From the NCBI GenBank assembly GCA_965203275.1, contig OZ241865.1, positions 1,408,001 through 1,472,000 on the forward strand: a stretch of DNA of 64,000 nucleotides, written 5' to 3'. Under the pieces are notes generated by a model. It was not told where the DNA came from. It saw nothing but the letters and a program-made list of their open reading frames with translations, and did no database searches. How positions within the stretch are numbered: position 1 is the first letter of the stretch; each line of letters begins with the position of its first letter. The translations under genes were made by a program, and so were the position numbers. This document shows positions 18,956 through 29,169 of the stretch, piece after piece. The DNA comes from Bdellovibrionales bacterium (GTDB lineage Bacteria; Bdellovibrionota; Bdellovibrionia; Bdellovibrionales; JAUICD01).

Positions 18956-21161
18956 ATGTACACTATAAACAAACTCAACATTTCAGCAAAAAATGCGGGG
19001 GGGGGGGGCAGTGCGTCAAAATATATTAATAGCCCTACTTCTGTCTTGTTTGCAGGTGTTTTTAGAACCTGTGGAAGTCTTTGCTCAATCTGATGCCACT
19101 GCCTCTCGTGTAAAACCATCTAAAGTTACAAATACCAGAGTTAGTAATTCCCGATCTAGTAGATCAAGGGTTCAACGTTCAAGAGCTTCAAATGCCAGGG
19201 CTGGACAACGCACTTCTTCTAGAGCAAGAAAAGAAAATAGAGTGAAAAAACAAAACAAGAGAGTATCTTTTGCGACTTACTGGAAGCAATTACCTGTCAG
19301 AAAAAAAATCAAATTATATCATGCTATGGTGAAGACGATGGCAGCTTTAGAGTTATCTCATCATCAACGTCCTAAGCGTTCTACAAAAACATCCTCCCTC
19401 TATCCATTTTGGCAATTATTTATAGCACAAGCTTATGCTCAAGACTCACCTGACAATGTGTGTTTTTTTGGAGGGCATGTTTTACGTCAGTGTGATTTTG
19501 ACAGAGCAAGAAATGACGAGAGTAAAAAATGTAGTTTAGGTGATCAAGCAGGTGTTCGGTGTAACCGTAGTATATTCCCTACAGCCCCTTGTGTTTATGA
19601 TTGGAATGAAGCAAGAAGACGCGGAACAAGAAACTATAACACCACTCAAGCTTGCTCTTATGCTGATGCCCAATTGATAGCACAGCAATTAGAAAGCGAT
19701 GGCCCTTCTCGCTTTACTGCAATCACTCCAGATCAGAAAAAAGCAGTCGTTGACGGACAAATGAATAATGTAGATTTATGGGATTCAGATGACCCTGAGG
19801 AATGGATTGAAAAAAGAAATGCACTCATTGAGGAAACTCTAGGTGGAGAAGGTGATGCAATCACTCGATACAACGCAGCTCTTTTAAATGAGACAGATGA
19901 TCGAATTATAGGTGATTTTTTTCAAGCAACTACAGCAGCATGTACGACGAATGCTTCACAAAAACCTGCTGAGAAAAAGTACTGCACTGTATTTCTAAAT
20001 GATGTAGAAGAATTATCAAACGCAACACAACTAGGGGTTCAAATGCATGACGGAGTTGAAGTTTATGACGGTGAAGGTGAGTCCCGTGAACGTAGGCTTT
20101 GTTTTAAATTTCAGGAATTACCTGGAGAGCATTTTTGTCAAGTCAAAACTGGTGATAATAAATATCTTGTTGTACGACTGCTACTTCAATATCCTCCTTA
20201 TTCATACGCTGATGCAAGATTAGGAGCTGAAGTTTATCAAAGTAATAGTCCAGAAGGAAGCTATTGTTTCAGTTCTAATTTCAGTGCCGATGACGAATAT
20301 GGTCTGACTAATTTTTCCAATCCTAATGATTTAGCAGGAGAACAGGGAATTGCATGTAATATTCGTGGTAAGAGCCACATTGCAACTTTTAGCCATCAAA
20401 GTCAACAGATTGCAATACAAAAAGAACTTGGCCCAAGCAATCGTTGTTTATTCAAGAACCCCCGAAGGGGTGACAACCAACGGGCAGAAGCACGAGGAGT
20501 TATTCCAAATTTAGGAGATAATGAAACGACTACTTTCTTCCCAGGAATAGCAAGTGATGATAGTTTTTATGATGAAGCATTAGAAAGAAATCAGCAGGGT
20601 ATGACATCGAATGGGACTATGAATGATCGCAAGTGCATGGAAACAAGTTATGTAGCTCTCTATGAAGCAAGTCATCTCTTTGAATCAGCATGCAAGAGAG
20701 CTATTCCTTATAGAGCTACTCGTCGTCGTTTATATGTACATCAAGGAGCAAAGGAAATTGATTATAACACAGCATTCGTACTCAATCAAGCAGATTATAA
20801 AAGTTTTGACAGACTATCGATTGATAGTAATCGTGGAACAGAACTAACTTCTAAACCAATAGATCCTATAATGAGGAATTGGTGTGGTCCTGGTCGTCAT
20901 ATAGCTGGTTATGGTGTTCCAGAAAACTGCATACAAAATAAATATCGAACCAGTACAGATTATTGGTATGGTGATGGAAATGGACCTAATGCCAATAACA
21001 TGGAGCCTTCAAACGGCAACTGGCGGACAGGGCTAATAAGCGAACTCCGACATTGTGGAGGTGCTACTCCTTCAAGAACTTCCACGCCTGCTGGGCCTAG
21101 AGGCCCTCAAGGGCCTCCTGGACAGATGAGGCGACCTAGAGGTAGTAGCGGTGTTCAGTAA
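18956..21161 (+). CDS. Secreted Cys-rich protein, poly-G family paralog 2 (main ORF 18993-21161)
   Basis: AGGAGG RBS before ATG 18956; G12 at 18997-19008; same leader and FWQLFIAQAYAQ motif as 4749. Confidence 0.8.
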
Positions 21162-21180
21162 GCCTTTCTACAAAGCTATC

Positions 21181-21990
21181 TCAAAAATCCGTTTATTTTT
21201 AGTAGGAAGAATCCTTTCCTCTTTTTTCAGTTTTAGGACCTGATGCCGGGTTGCCAGATCCCAGAAGAAGGATCCCTTTTATTCTGAAAATTGGTATACT
21301 CCTTTAAATCCATACCAGCAAATCTTATAATTTAAAAAGGCAAATTATTTTTTCAGCTTGAGAATGTCATCTTTAGACAAACCTGTCATTGTAGAGATCA
21401 ATGAAATATTGAGATTTTCTTTCAACATATTTTGTGCCACTTTCTCCATTCCTTCCTTACGACCTTTCTCTACCCCTTTTTCCATCCCTTTCTCCATTCC
21501 TTTCTCCATCCCTTCCTTACGACCTTTCTTCATCCCTTTCTCCATTCCTTCTTCATAAGCACCCTTTTCTCTGGCTGCTTGATCTTTTCTGTCTCTCTCT
21601 TTCACCATTGCAAGCTCCTGTAATGTCTCATCTTTTGTTTCCCTAAAATTGAACTAGCCGTCATTTTCACTCAAAATGAGCCACACCTCTGGTGTGTTTT
21701 TGGGCATTGCTCTGACAGCTATCGCTGTCTAAAAAGAGCAATGCCGCAAAAAACTGCTCATTTTGAGTAGAGAGGATCTCTTCGTTTCTTAACACCATGT
21801 TAAGGAAAAAGAGTTCTTTCTGATGCCTGACTGCCGGATCCCAGATCCCGGAATCCCGGATGAACACCATTTAAGGAAAAAGTTCCTTTCTTTTTGTTTT
21901 TTTATTTTTTTAGATTCTGCGTAACTCTCAAAAAATGAATATTATGAGTGGGAGGCGAGGGCAGACTGAAGGAGTTGGCTTGATGTGTGG
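21181..21990 (-). repeat. Cluster 2 of structured repeat elements (full unit ~21666-21770; fragments 21181-21265 and 21780-21970), bracketing an orphan RpnS-like ORF
   Basis: Reverse-complement unit with CC-AGA-GG, GC-GATA-GC, TAACA/TGTTAA palindrome, GATGCC…CCGGATC and gttacgcagaatcta modules. Confidence 0.85.
21345..21608 (-). CDS. Orphan Rpn C-terminal fragment (RpnS-like; EKGM repeats + HTH-like tail)
   Basis: AREKGAYEEGMEKG…VAQNMLKENLNISLISTMTGLSKDDI is the typical Rpn C-terminus; GGAG RBS before ATG; nuclease part absent. Confidence 0.75.
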   Translation of the reverse strand: MVKERDRKDQAAREKGAYEEGMEKGMKKGRKEGMEKGMEKGMEKGVEKGRKEGMEKVAQNMLKENLNISLISTMTGLSKDDILKLKK

Positions 21991-22237
21991 GTTTGTTTTT
22001 GTTGTGAGCTTCTTGTTGGCCTTTTATAGATGAAAGTCCAGAAGTCAAAAGAGAAAGTGTCTCATTATGGATCACAAAATGGATCACAAAATGGATCACA
22101 AACAGATTTTTTATCTGATTTTTAAATAAAAAGTTTTATTATTTTAAAACTTCTGACGATAACAATTATAGGTTTAAATAACTTAGTAAATAGAATTTAT
22201 AAAAAATAATCCATATTTCAAACAAGGAGGAAGTCTT

Positions 22238-24330
22238 ATGTACACTACAGCGTTTCAGCAAAAAATGCGGGGGGGGGGGGGGGGCAGTGCGTCAAAATGT
22301 CTGTGGTCCTCATTCTGTCTTGTTTGCAGGTGTTTTTAGAACCTGTGGAAGTCTTTGCCAGGTCTGATACCTCTCGCGTAAAACCATCTAAAGTTACAAA
22401 TACCAGAGTTAGTAATTCCCGATCTAGTAGATCAAGGGTTCAACGTTCAAGAGCTTCAAATGCCAGAGTTAAAAAACGCACTTCTTCTAGAGCAAGAAAA
22501 GAAAACAGGGTAAGAAGACAAAACACAAGATTATCTCTTGAGGCTCGCTGGAAGCGATTGCCTGTCAAACAAAAAATCAAGTTATATCATTCTATGGTCA
22601 GAACTATGGCTGTCTTAGAGTTATCTCGTCGTCAACGTTCTACAAAAACATCCTCCCTTTATCCATTTTGGCAATTATTTATAGCACAAGCTTATGCTCA
22701 AGCTCCATTCTCTGAAAAATGTTTTTTTGGAGGACATGTTTTAAGTGGTTGTCGTTGGGGTGCTGCAAGGAGAGACTCTAGTAAAAGATGTACATTAACT
22801 GGTGAGTATGGTGCTATTCTTAATGGTATTAAATGTAATAGTGAAATATTCCCTACAGCCCCTTGTGTTCAGGATTTTAGAGATGTAGGCGGAACTCGGA
22901 GAAAAACCTATAGCACCACTCAAGCTTGTGCCTATGCTGATGCTCAATTGATAGCAGATCAATTAAAAAATAGTGGCTCTCTTGATCTTGATGCGATCAC
23001 TCCAGAGCAGAAAAATGCCGTTTTTTGGGATCAAATCATACCCGGTGACTTATGGGCTTCAGGTAACCCCGAAGACTGGATTGAACAAAGAGATCAACTT
23101 ATCAAAGACACCTTAGGCGGGAATGATGCAATGACTCGATACAATGTAGCTCTTTTAAATGCGACAGATGGTAATATTGTAGAACGACTTGAAGATGTGG
23201 AAGCAGCGTGTAGGCTTAACCATGTACAAAATCCCTTTGAACAGAAACACTGCGATGTATTTATAAATGATTTTAACGTGTTAAAAGAAGCAAAAGAGCA
23301 GAGGAATTGTTTTAAATTTCATAAATTACCTGGGGAGCATTTCTGTCAAGTCAGAACCACAACTGGTGTTAGAGATGACGCTACTCATAAATATCGTGTT
23401 GTACGCCTGGAAAAAAGCGGAGATGATGAACAGAGCAGGTTAAAAGCTGTTGTTTATCAAAGCGAAAGCGGTCCGGCAGGAGACTACTGTTTGGATTCCA
23501 GTTTCACTGCTCATGATAAACATGTTGATAATACGCAGCTGACTAATTTTTCCAATCTGACTTATCCATCACAAAAAGAACCAGGACTTGCATGCAATCG
23601 AGGTCAGAGCCATAGTGCAAGCTTTACCTATCAAGGCCATGAGATTGAAATAAAAAAAGAACATGGTCCAAGCAATCGTTGTTTATTCGATGATGATATT
23701 GATGATATTGATAGAGATTTAGGCAATGATCAGACTGATCTGTTTTTCCCAGGAATAGCAAATGATGAGAATAATAATATTTATAAGACAGCATTAGAAG
23801 AATATAATAATACAAAAGATCAAGGAGAAAATAAGGATAAATGTATAGAACCATATCATGTCGCCCTTCATGAAGCAGGGCTTCTCTTTTACAAAGCATG
23901 TCCAAATCCAAGTAGCAGAGATAATCTTGTTGCACGGGATCCGAATAAACAAAGTTCTGAATACGATGTTTTCAAGCCTTTATCTTCATGGTTAGCGTTT
24001 CTTAGCTATAAAGATTTTGAGACATTCTCCATTTTTCCTTCTACAAATAAAGAAACTGCTAAACCAATAAATTTTATAATCCCTAATTGTAGTGATGATT
24101 CTGCATGTCGTAAAAATTTAACCTTTATGGACTATTGGTGTGGTATTGGAAATGCCCCTAGTGCTGATGGAACTGAATGCACTAGCCCGGATTCACCAGC
24201 AGGTGAGGGAGAAGGCAGCAATACTTGGACAACAGGATTAGCAAATGAACTCAGACATTGTTCTGAAGCTACACAAGCTCCTCCCGCCAGAAGAAGAGCG
24301 GGTGGTGCTACAGATGGTCTTAGGCAGTAG
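22238..24330 (+). CDS. Secreted Cys-rich protein, poly-G family paralog 3 (main ORF 22297-24330; RBS-linked ATG 22238 out of frame across G16)
   Basis: AAGGAGG RBS; G16 at 22269-22284; N-terminal ~130 aa and ~300 bp upstream nearly identical to paralog 1. Confidence 0.8.
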
Positions 24331-24505
24331 GAGGTGAATAAAGCTTTTTTACAAATAACTTAGCTTCTCTTTTTAGAAAGCTAACTCTTACGATATGTAG
24401 GTAGAGTATATAGAAAACAATAAATATTTCAAACAAGAACAAAAAGGAAGTCATTATGTACACTATAAATTCAATGTTTCACCAAAAAATACACAGGGGA
24501 GGGCA

Positions 24506-25963
24506 ATGCTTCAAAATATATTAATAGCCCTACTTCTACCTTGTTTACAAATATTTTTAGAGCCTGTGGAAGTCTTTGCCCAGTCTGATGCCTCTCGCGT
24601 AAAAGCATCTAGAGTACAAATACCAGAGCCAGTAATTCCAAATCTAGTAGCAAGGGTTCAACGTTCAAGTGCTTCTAATACCAGCAGGGAAAAACACTTT
24701 TTTTATCGACTATCACTAGGCACTTTTGATAACTCTGAGAGTACTTTGCCGACGAATGAGAATGATCAGAGATGTGACAAATTAAAACACTGCACAGAAG
24801 TTAAGGAAGGCAATGTTTGTATTATAGAAAGTGGGCAACATAAGCTAATAGGAAGAAGTATTGAGTATTCAAATGACTATGTAGCAACTTATACTTGTCC
24901 TAAGGATTCACTAACATATTTTATTGAAGACAAAACCAATATTAATGGTATTTTGGATGCACTTAATAATGTAGCAGGAGAACATTGTACAAAAATAAAA
25001 AGATTGTATTTATCAGGACATGGAGTTCCAGGTTCGCTAGCTAATGGTTTAAATAAAGATAATGTCAGTCAGTTAAAAGATTATAGTTGCCTTATGGCTG
25101 ACAATCCTATAGTTGACCTAACTGGATGTAATGCTGGTAAAGGCTGTGCAGGAAAGTTTTTTATGCAAAAGACAGCTGAGACTCTGTTTCAAAATACACA
25201 AGGAACAGTTATTTCTCCTAATGTAACTACATATTTTGGACATGATGTGGGTATTTGGTCAAACAGAAACTTTGCATATAATTCTTTAACATTTACACCA
25301 CCGCCACCTGAACCTTCTCAAACAAATTGGGAACAGCTAAATAATCCAGTGGCTTTCCGTAACACTAGAACTGAAAGTGATAGTTATCAAGATAGCATTA
25401 TGGCAGGGATATTAGGAAAACCTATTGAAGATAAAAGTTTGCCAGATGAATGTATTGATGAGATCCGCGAAAAACAAAGGGCTGTTATTAGAGAAATGAG
25501 TCCAGCTATCGATAGAGGGTGTAAACCATTAATACAATGTACTCGAAGGGTAGCTGGCAAAGTTGTACATCCATTTTCAAAGTTACTAGATCAAAGCAGA
25601 TTATGGACGAGAGCTAGAAGTGCTTCTGGAATGAGGGGCTATAATCAATCTTCAACTTTTGAACAAGCAACCCGTGTGATAGATCAGCTGGATACAGTTC
25701 ATAAACAATTAAAAGATTGTGGAAGGTATCTTGTAGGGCATGTAATAAGCAGGCCTCCTGATGAAAATTCTTGCATCCATCCCATCACTCTCGATCGTTG
25801 TGTAAGTTGTATAAGATTTAGTCAAACCCAACGCACCCTGTCTGGTAGAAAAAAATGTGTAGAGACTTATAGAGAAGGTTGTGATATCACTGATTATTTT
25901 CTACTACCAAATACACCAACAACAACAACAAGAAACAGAAGCCGTGGTGGTGGCGTAAGATAA
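24506..25963 (+). CDS. Secreted protein with poly-G-family leader and DUF4347-like (His-Cys) domain
   Basis: Leader MLQNILIALLLPCLQIFLEPVEVFAQ; LYLSGHGVPG…VDLTGCNAGKG. Confidence 0.7.
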   Translation: MLQNILIALLLPCLQIFLEPVEVFAQSDASRVKASRVQIPEPVIPNLVARVQRSSASNTSREKHFFYRLSLGTFDNSESTLPTNENDQRCDKLKHCTEVKEGNVCIIESGQHKLIGRSIEYSNDYVATYTCPKDSLTYFIEDKTNINGILDALNNVAGEHCTKIKRLYLSGHGVPGSLANGLNKDNVSQLKDYSCLMADNPIVDLTGCNAGKGCAGKFFMQKTAETLFQNTQGTVISPNVTTYFGHDVGIWSNRNFAYNSLTFTPPPPEPSQTNWEQLNNPVAFRNTRTESDSYQDSIMAGILGKPIEDKSLPDECIDEIREKQRAVIREMSPAIDRGCKPLIQCTRRVAGKVVHPFSKLLDQSRLWTRARSASGMRGYNQSSTFEQATRVIDQLDTVHKQLKDCGRYLVGHVISRPPDENSCIHPITLDRCVSCIRFSQTQRTLSGRKKCVETYREGCDITDYFLLPNTPTTTTRNRSRGGGVR

Positions 25964-25987
25964 TAGCACAACAAAAGGAGATGCAAT

Positions 25988-26719
25988 ATGTTAAAACATG
26001 TTCAAAGTATTTCAATGAAACAAAAAATGCTTTTTGTTGTTATGATCATAATGAGTTTGCCTTATTTAATTTCTGCTCAAGAGCTGAAGAAAACCCAAAA
26101 GCAAAAAAACGAGATCACATATATTAAAGAGCCTCCGCGTAAGGATTTATATAGAGAGATTACACGTACGACAGGTGTATCCTTAAAAGAAATTTCTAAT
26201 CTTGTATTTCAAAAAGGGAGTGCTAAAATTAATCAAGCAACGTTAAATAAACTATCTGTATATGTGAACAAAACAGGAACTACTGGAATTGATAAAGAAT
26301 ATCAACAGAGGATGAATAGCATCAAGGCTTTTTGTGATCGTCAAGATCGACAGAGTTCAAGTTGTTACTCACAAGTAGAAGATTTAAAAAAAGAGCAAGC
26401 TTATTTGAAAAAGCTACAAGATCAAGCTAAAAAGGACAAAAAACTAGCAGTATACTATAACTTAACAATTTTAACCCATGCCATAAAGACTAAAATTTTT
26501 GCAACAGCCAATGAACATCTTGCAAAAACTTGCCCACCTCAAAAAATCAATTCAAATTTATGTATGGCTAAAAGAAAAGGTATCCGTGACCTTTACGACA
26601 TTGCAGATCATCTAAAATTAGTAGCTTCCGCTCAGATAAAAGGTAAGGCTCAAAAGACAAATAAAGAGACCCAAAAAATTGCAAACTATATTCATAAACT
26701 AATCATTGCTTATGAATAA
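25988..26719 (+). CDS. Secreted helical hypothetical protein
   Basis: AAGGAG RBS; signal peptide; co-oriented directly after 24506. Confidence 0.75.
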   Translation: MLKHVQSISMKQKMLFVVMIIMSLPYLISAQELKKTQKQKNEITYIKEPPRKDLYREITRTTGVSLKEISNLVFQKGSAKINQATLNKLSVYVNKTGTTGIDKEYQQRMNSIKAFCDRQDRQSSSCYSQVEDLKKEQAYLKKLQDQAKKDKKLAVYYNLTILTHAIKTKIFATANEHLAKTCPPQKINSNLCMAKRKGIRDLYDIADHLKLVASAQIKGKAQKTNKETQKIANYIHKLIIAYE

Positions 26720-26847
26720 AATTAGCTATTTCTTTCTTTTATTATGTGTACTATATTCTCTGGCCACTTGATTTTTCCTCTGTTTCACTAAAAGTAAACC
26801 AGCCGTCATTTTCACTCAAAATGCATCATGCCTCTGGCATGATGCAT

Positions 26848-26905
26848 TAAGTTAAGAAGTCATCCATTATTTTTCTGATTCCCGATGGATGACTTTAACT
26901 TAGCA
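26848..26905 (-). terminator. Long hairpin downstream of secreted paralog A (second copy at ~30390-30446)
   Basis: aagttaa..gtcatccat…atggatgactttaactt inverted repeat, conserved after paralogs A and B. Confidence 0.5.
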
Positions 26906-27003
26906 TAGAGAAACTCACTTATAAAGACTTAATAAATTTATCAAACTTATGAAAAAGTTAAAACCATATAAGTTTTAGCTTCCTCGTCAGTTAATTTCAG
27001 AAA

Positions 27004-27480
27004 CTACCTATTAACCTCATCAGCAGTGTCAGAATGATCTGCTTGACATCTACGCATCTCTTCTTCAAAGACGTTATGAAAATTATCTATAACCTCCTGA
27101 ATTTCATTAACTCTTTGTACATCTGTCAGGTCTTCATCAAAAGCTCCTCTTCTATATTTGTTGAGCCTTCTGAGCATTGATTTTGCGATTTGAATACAAT
27201 CAATTGGCAGAGAATCTATATGATCTTTAATATTTTGAAAATCATTTCGATTAATAACGAACAATCTATCTTGGTTACTGGAATATGCAGTTTCCGCAAG
27301 AAAATCTAAAAATAAGTCAACCCACACAGATGTAGACAATACAAGGTTCCTATGATATCTTTCTCTTGCTTGAGGTGCAGTTATCTCATTTTCATTCTCA
27401 TTAACTTGTGAAATAGATTCTTCACTATAACCAATTAAGATCACTAATGATAAACTTAAAATACTTAAAATGTTTTTCAT
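27004..27480 (-). CDS. Secreted protein, MKNILS/DEVNR family paralog A
   Basis: Leader MKNILSILSLSLVILIGYSEESISQVNE and tail FEEEMRRCQADHSDTADEVNR shared with 30547 and 35997; AAGGAG RBS. Confidence 0.8.
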   Translation of the reverse strand: MKNILSILSLSLVILIGYSEESISQVNENENEITAPQARERYHRNLVLSTSVWVDLFLDFLAETAYSSNQDRLFVINRNDFQNIKDHIDSLPIDCIQIAKSMLRRLNKYRRGAFDEDLTDVQRVNEIQEVIDNFHNVFEEEMRRCQADHSDTADEVNR

Positions 27481-27576
27481 AATACTTCTCCTTTTTTAAT
27501 GTTTTAATAAAATGACTTAATAATAAATAAAATCTTCCTCTACCTTCTAAAGCCCTTAAAGCTCTAATAAGTTTGA

Positions 27577-27606
27577 CTTATAACATCACTTCAGAACAAA
27601 AGTCAA
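27577..27606 (-). promoter_or_regulatory. Putative sigma70 promoter conserved upstream of paralogs A/B/C (also ~31281-31310, ~36976-37005)
   Basis: Minus strand TTGACT-N18-TATAAG with TG extended -10, conserved in three copies; a related sequence lies at ~42063-42092. Confidence 0.55.
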
Positions 27607-27933
27607 GGCAAATTTTAAATTTTTCTAAGATTTATAAAACAACATGTAAGATTTACATATTTTGAGATTCAAAGTTTGATGTTTGGTAGCTAAAAAAAAG
27701 ATGGAGGGACTTCAATTCAATAAGTTATTAAAAATAAAAAGATTTTTATATAAACAATGCAGTTGTATTTGCTCAAAATAAATGTTAAACTATGTATAGA
27801 ATATTTATCTAACTTTTTAATAAAGCCAACTACAACTATAGGATTTTTAATAATGAACGATCATAGCAATTTAGATTCTCTTATTGAAGATGAATTGAGA
27901 AAAAGTTAGTTTATTCTTATTTTGATTTATTAG

Positions 27934-28260
27934 ATGATGTATCCGATGAGGAAGAAATACCATTTATTCATTCACGTTTATGATAATAAAGGATGTTTTA
28001 TTATGAGTGAGTCTAAAAAATTAGAAGATGATTTTAATCAATTAGGTATTAATTTGAAAAACAGTCCTCATGTTTTAGAACAACTTCGGATGTTCAATGA
28101 ATTTCAAAAAAAATTTGGCATCAAGATAGAAAAAGGTGCTAATTATACTCTAAAGCATCCATTTGAAAGAATAAGGATTAACCCTAAAAAACTACCTAAT
28201 AGAAAACCTTTTCGCCTTAGTCGTCACACTTTTACTCGTAATTTAAAAAATAAACTTTAA
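27934..28260 (+). CDS. Small basic hypothetical protein (likely start 28003, MSESKK)
   Basis: AAGGA before ATG 28003; ends inside a 58-bp direct repeat. Confidence 0.55.
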   Translation: MMYPMRKKYHLFIHVYDNKGCFIMSESKKLEDDFNQLGINLKNSPHVLEQLRMFNEFQKKFGIKIEKGANYTLKHPFERIRINPKKLPNRKPFRLSRHTFTRNLKNKL

Positions 28261-28283
28261 ACAAAATTATAGGAAAGTTAATA

Positions 28284-28517
28284 ATGATCGACACAAAACT
28301 TATCGATGCAAATTATGATTACTTCCAAAAAGTACTTCCAAAGCTAATGAAAAAACATCTCAATAAGATAGCCGTTGTGAAAGATCAAAAGGTTATTAAA
28401 GTTTTTAATACAGTCGCAGAGGCTCATCAATTTACACTTGACGAAAAATATCAACATGGACATTTTATCATTCAAGAAATCAACAACACAATTCATCATA
28501 TCTCAAGGATAGGTTGA
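28284..28517 (+). CDS. DUF5678-like small protein
   Basis: NYDYFQKVLPKLMKKHLNKIAVVKDQKVI…FIIQEI; overlaps the downstream protease gene. Confidence 0.6.
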   Translation: MIDTKLIDANYDYFQKVLPKLMKKHLNKIAVVKDQKVIKVFNTVAEAHQFTLDEKYQHGHFIIQEINNTIHHISRIG

Positions 28518-29062
28518 TGGTGAAAATTCAAGATGCTTCTCTTGAACAACTTGGACGTCTGTCTCTTTTCTCTTTTAAACATGAATTCAAAGGTAGAGTT
28601 ACAGAGCTTAAAACACAGGGAAGTATTGTTAATTCGGAAAATGATCAACAAGTAGCAGGAGTATTTCTATGGGACACGGGGGCTACTACCTCTTGTATAA
28701 ACTCTAATCTAATTTCTAAATTGAATTTACATCCTGAAGGTACTACTCGAGTTCATACAGCTAATGGAGTAATAAAAACCTATATGTATGTTGCTAACAT
28801 TCTTTTAACAGATACTCAAAACCATAGAGCAGAAAGCTTTGATTACAAAACACTGGTTACTTCAGTTGATCTGAAAGAAGATATATTGGGTCTTATCGGA
28901 ATGGATATTATTGGCAAAGGTTCTTTTTTAGTTCATTACAATAGTATTACAGATCAGCATATATTACAGTTTTCTTTTCCTGAGTTAGAAAAATTTAATC
29001 ATTTTAATTTTAAAAATGAAGCTAAAAAACAAAATAAACAATCTTTAAAAAATAAACTTTAA
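28514..29062 (+). CDS. Retropepsin-like (clan AA) aspartyl protease
   Basis: LWDTGATTSCI, HTANG, GLIGMDII. Confidence 0.85.
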   Translation: MMVKIQDASLEQLGRLSLFSFKHEFKGRVTELKTQGSIVNSENDQQVAGVFLWDTGATTSCINSNLISKLNLHPEGTTRVHTANGVIKTYMYVANILLTDTQNHRAESFDYKTLVTSVDLKEDILGLIGMDIIGKGSFLVHYNSITDQHILQFSFPELEKFNHFNFKNEAKKQNKQSLKNKL

Positions 29063-29115
29063 ACAAAATTATAGGAAAGTTAATAATAATCGACACAAAA
29101 CGTATAAGCTTGTTT

Positions 29116-29169
29116 TTAAAATTTCCAGTTTTCTTTTTCCATAAAATTGTCTAAATTCACACACTCAAT
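29116..29169 (-). pseudogene. C-terminal remnant of a DUF4411 (PIN-like) gene
   Basis: Minus frame reads IECVNLDNFMEKENWKF*, resembling DUF4411 C-termini, directly after ImmA/IrrE where that partner normally lies. Confidence 0.6.

Larger units (their letters stand above)
28242..29101. repeat. 58-bp direct repeats (28242-28299 and 29044-29101) flanking the DUF5678-like/protease pair
   Basis: tttaaaaaataaactttaaacaaaattataggaaagttaataat(g/a)atcgacacaaaac, one mismatch. Confidence 0.9.
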
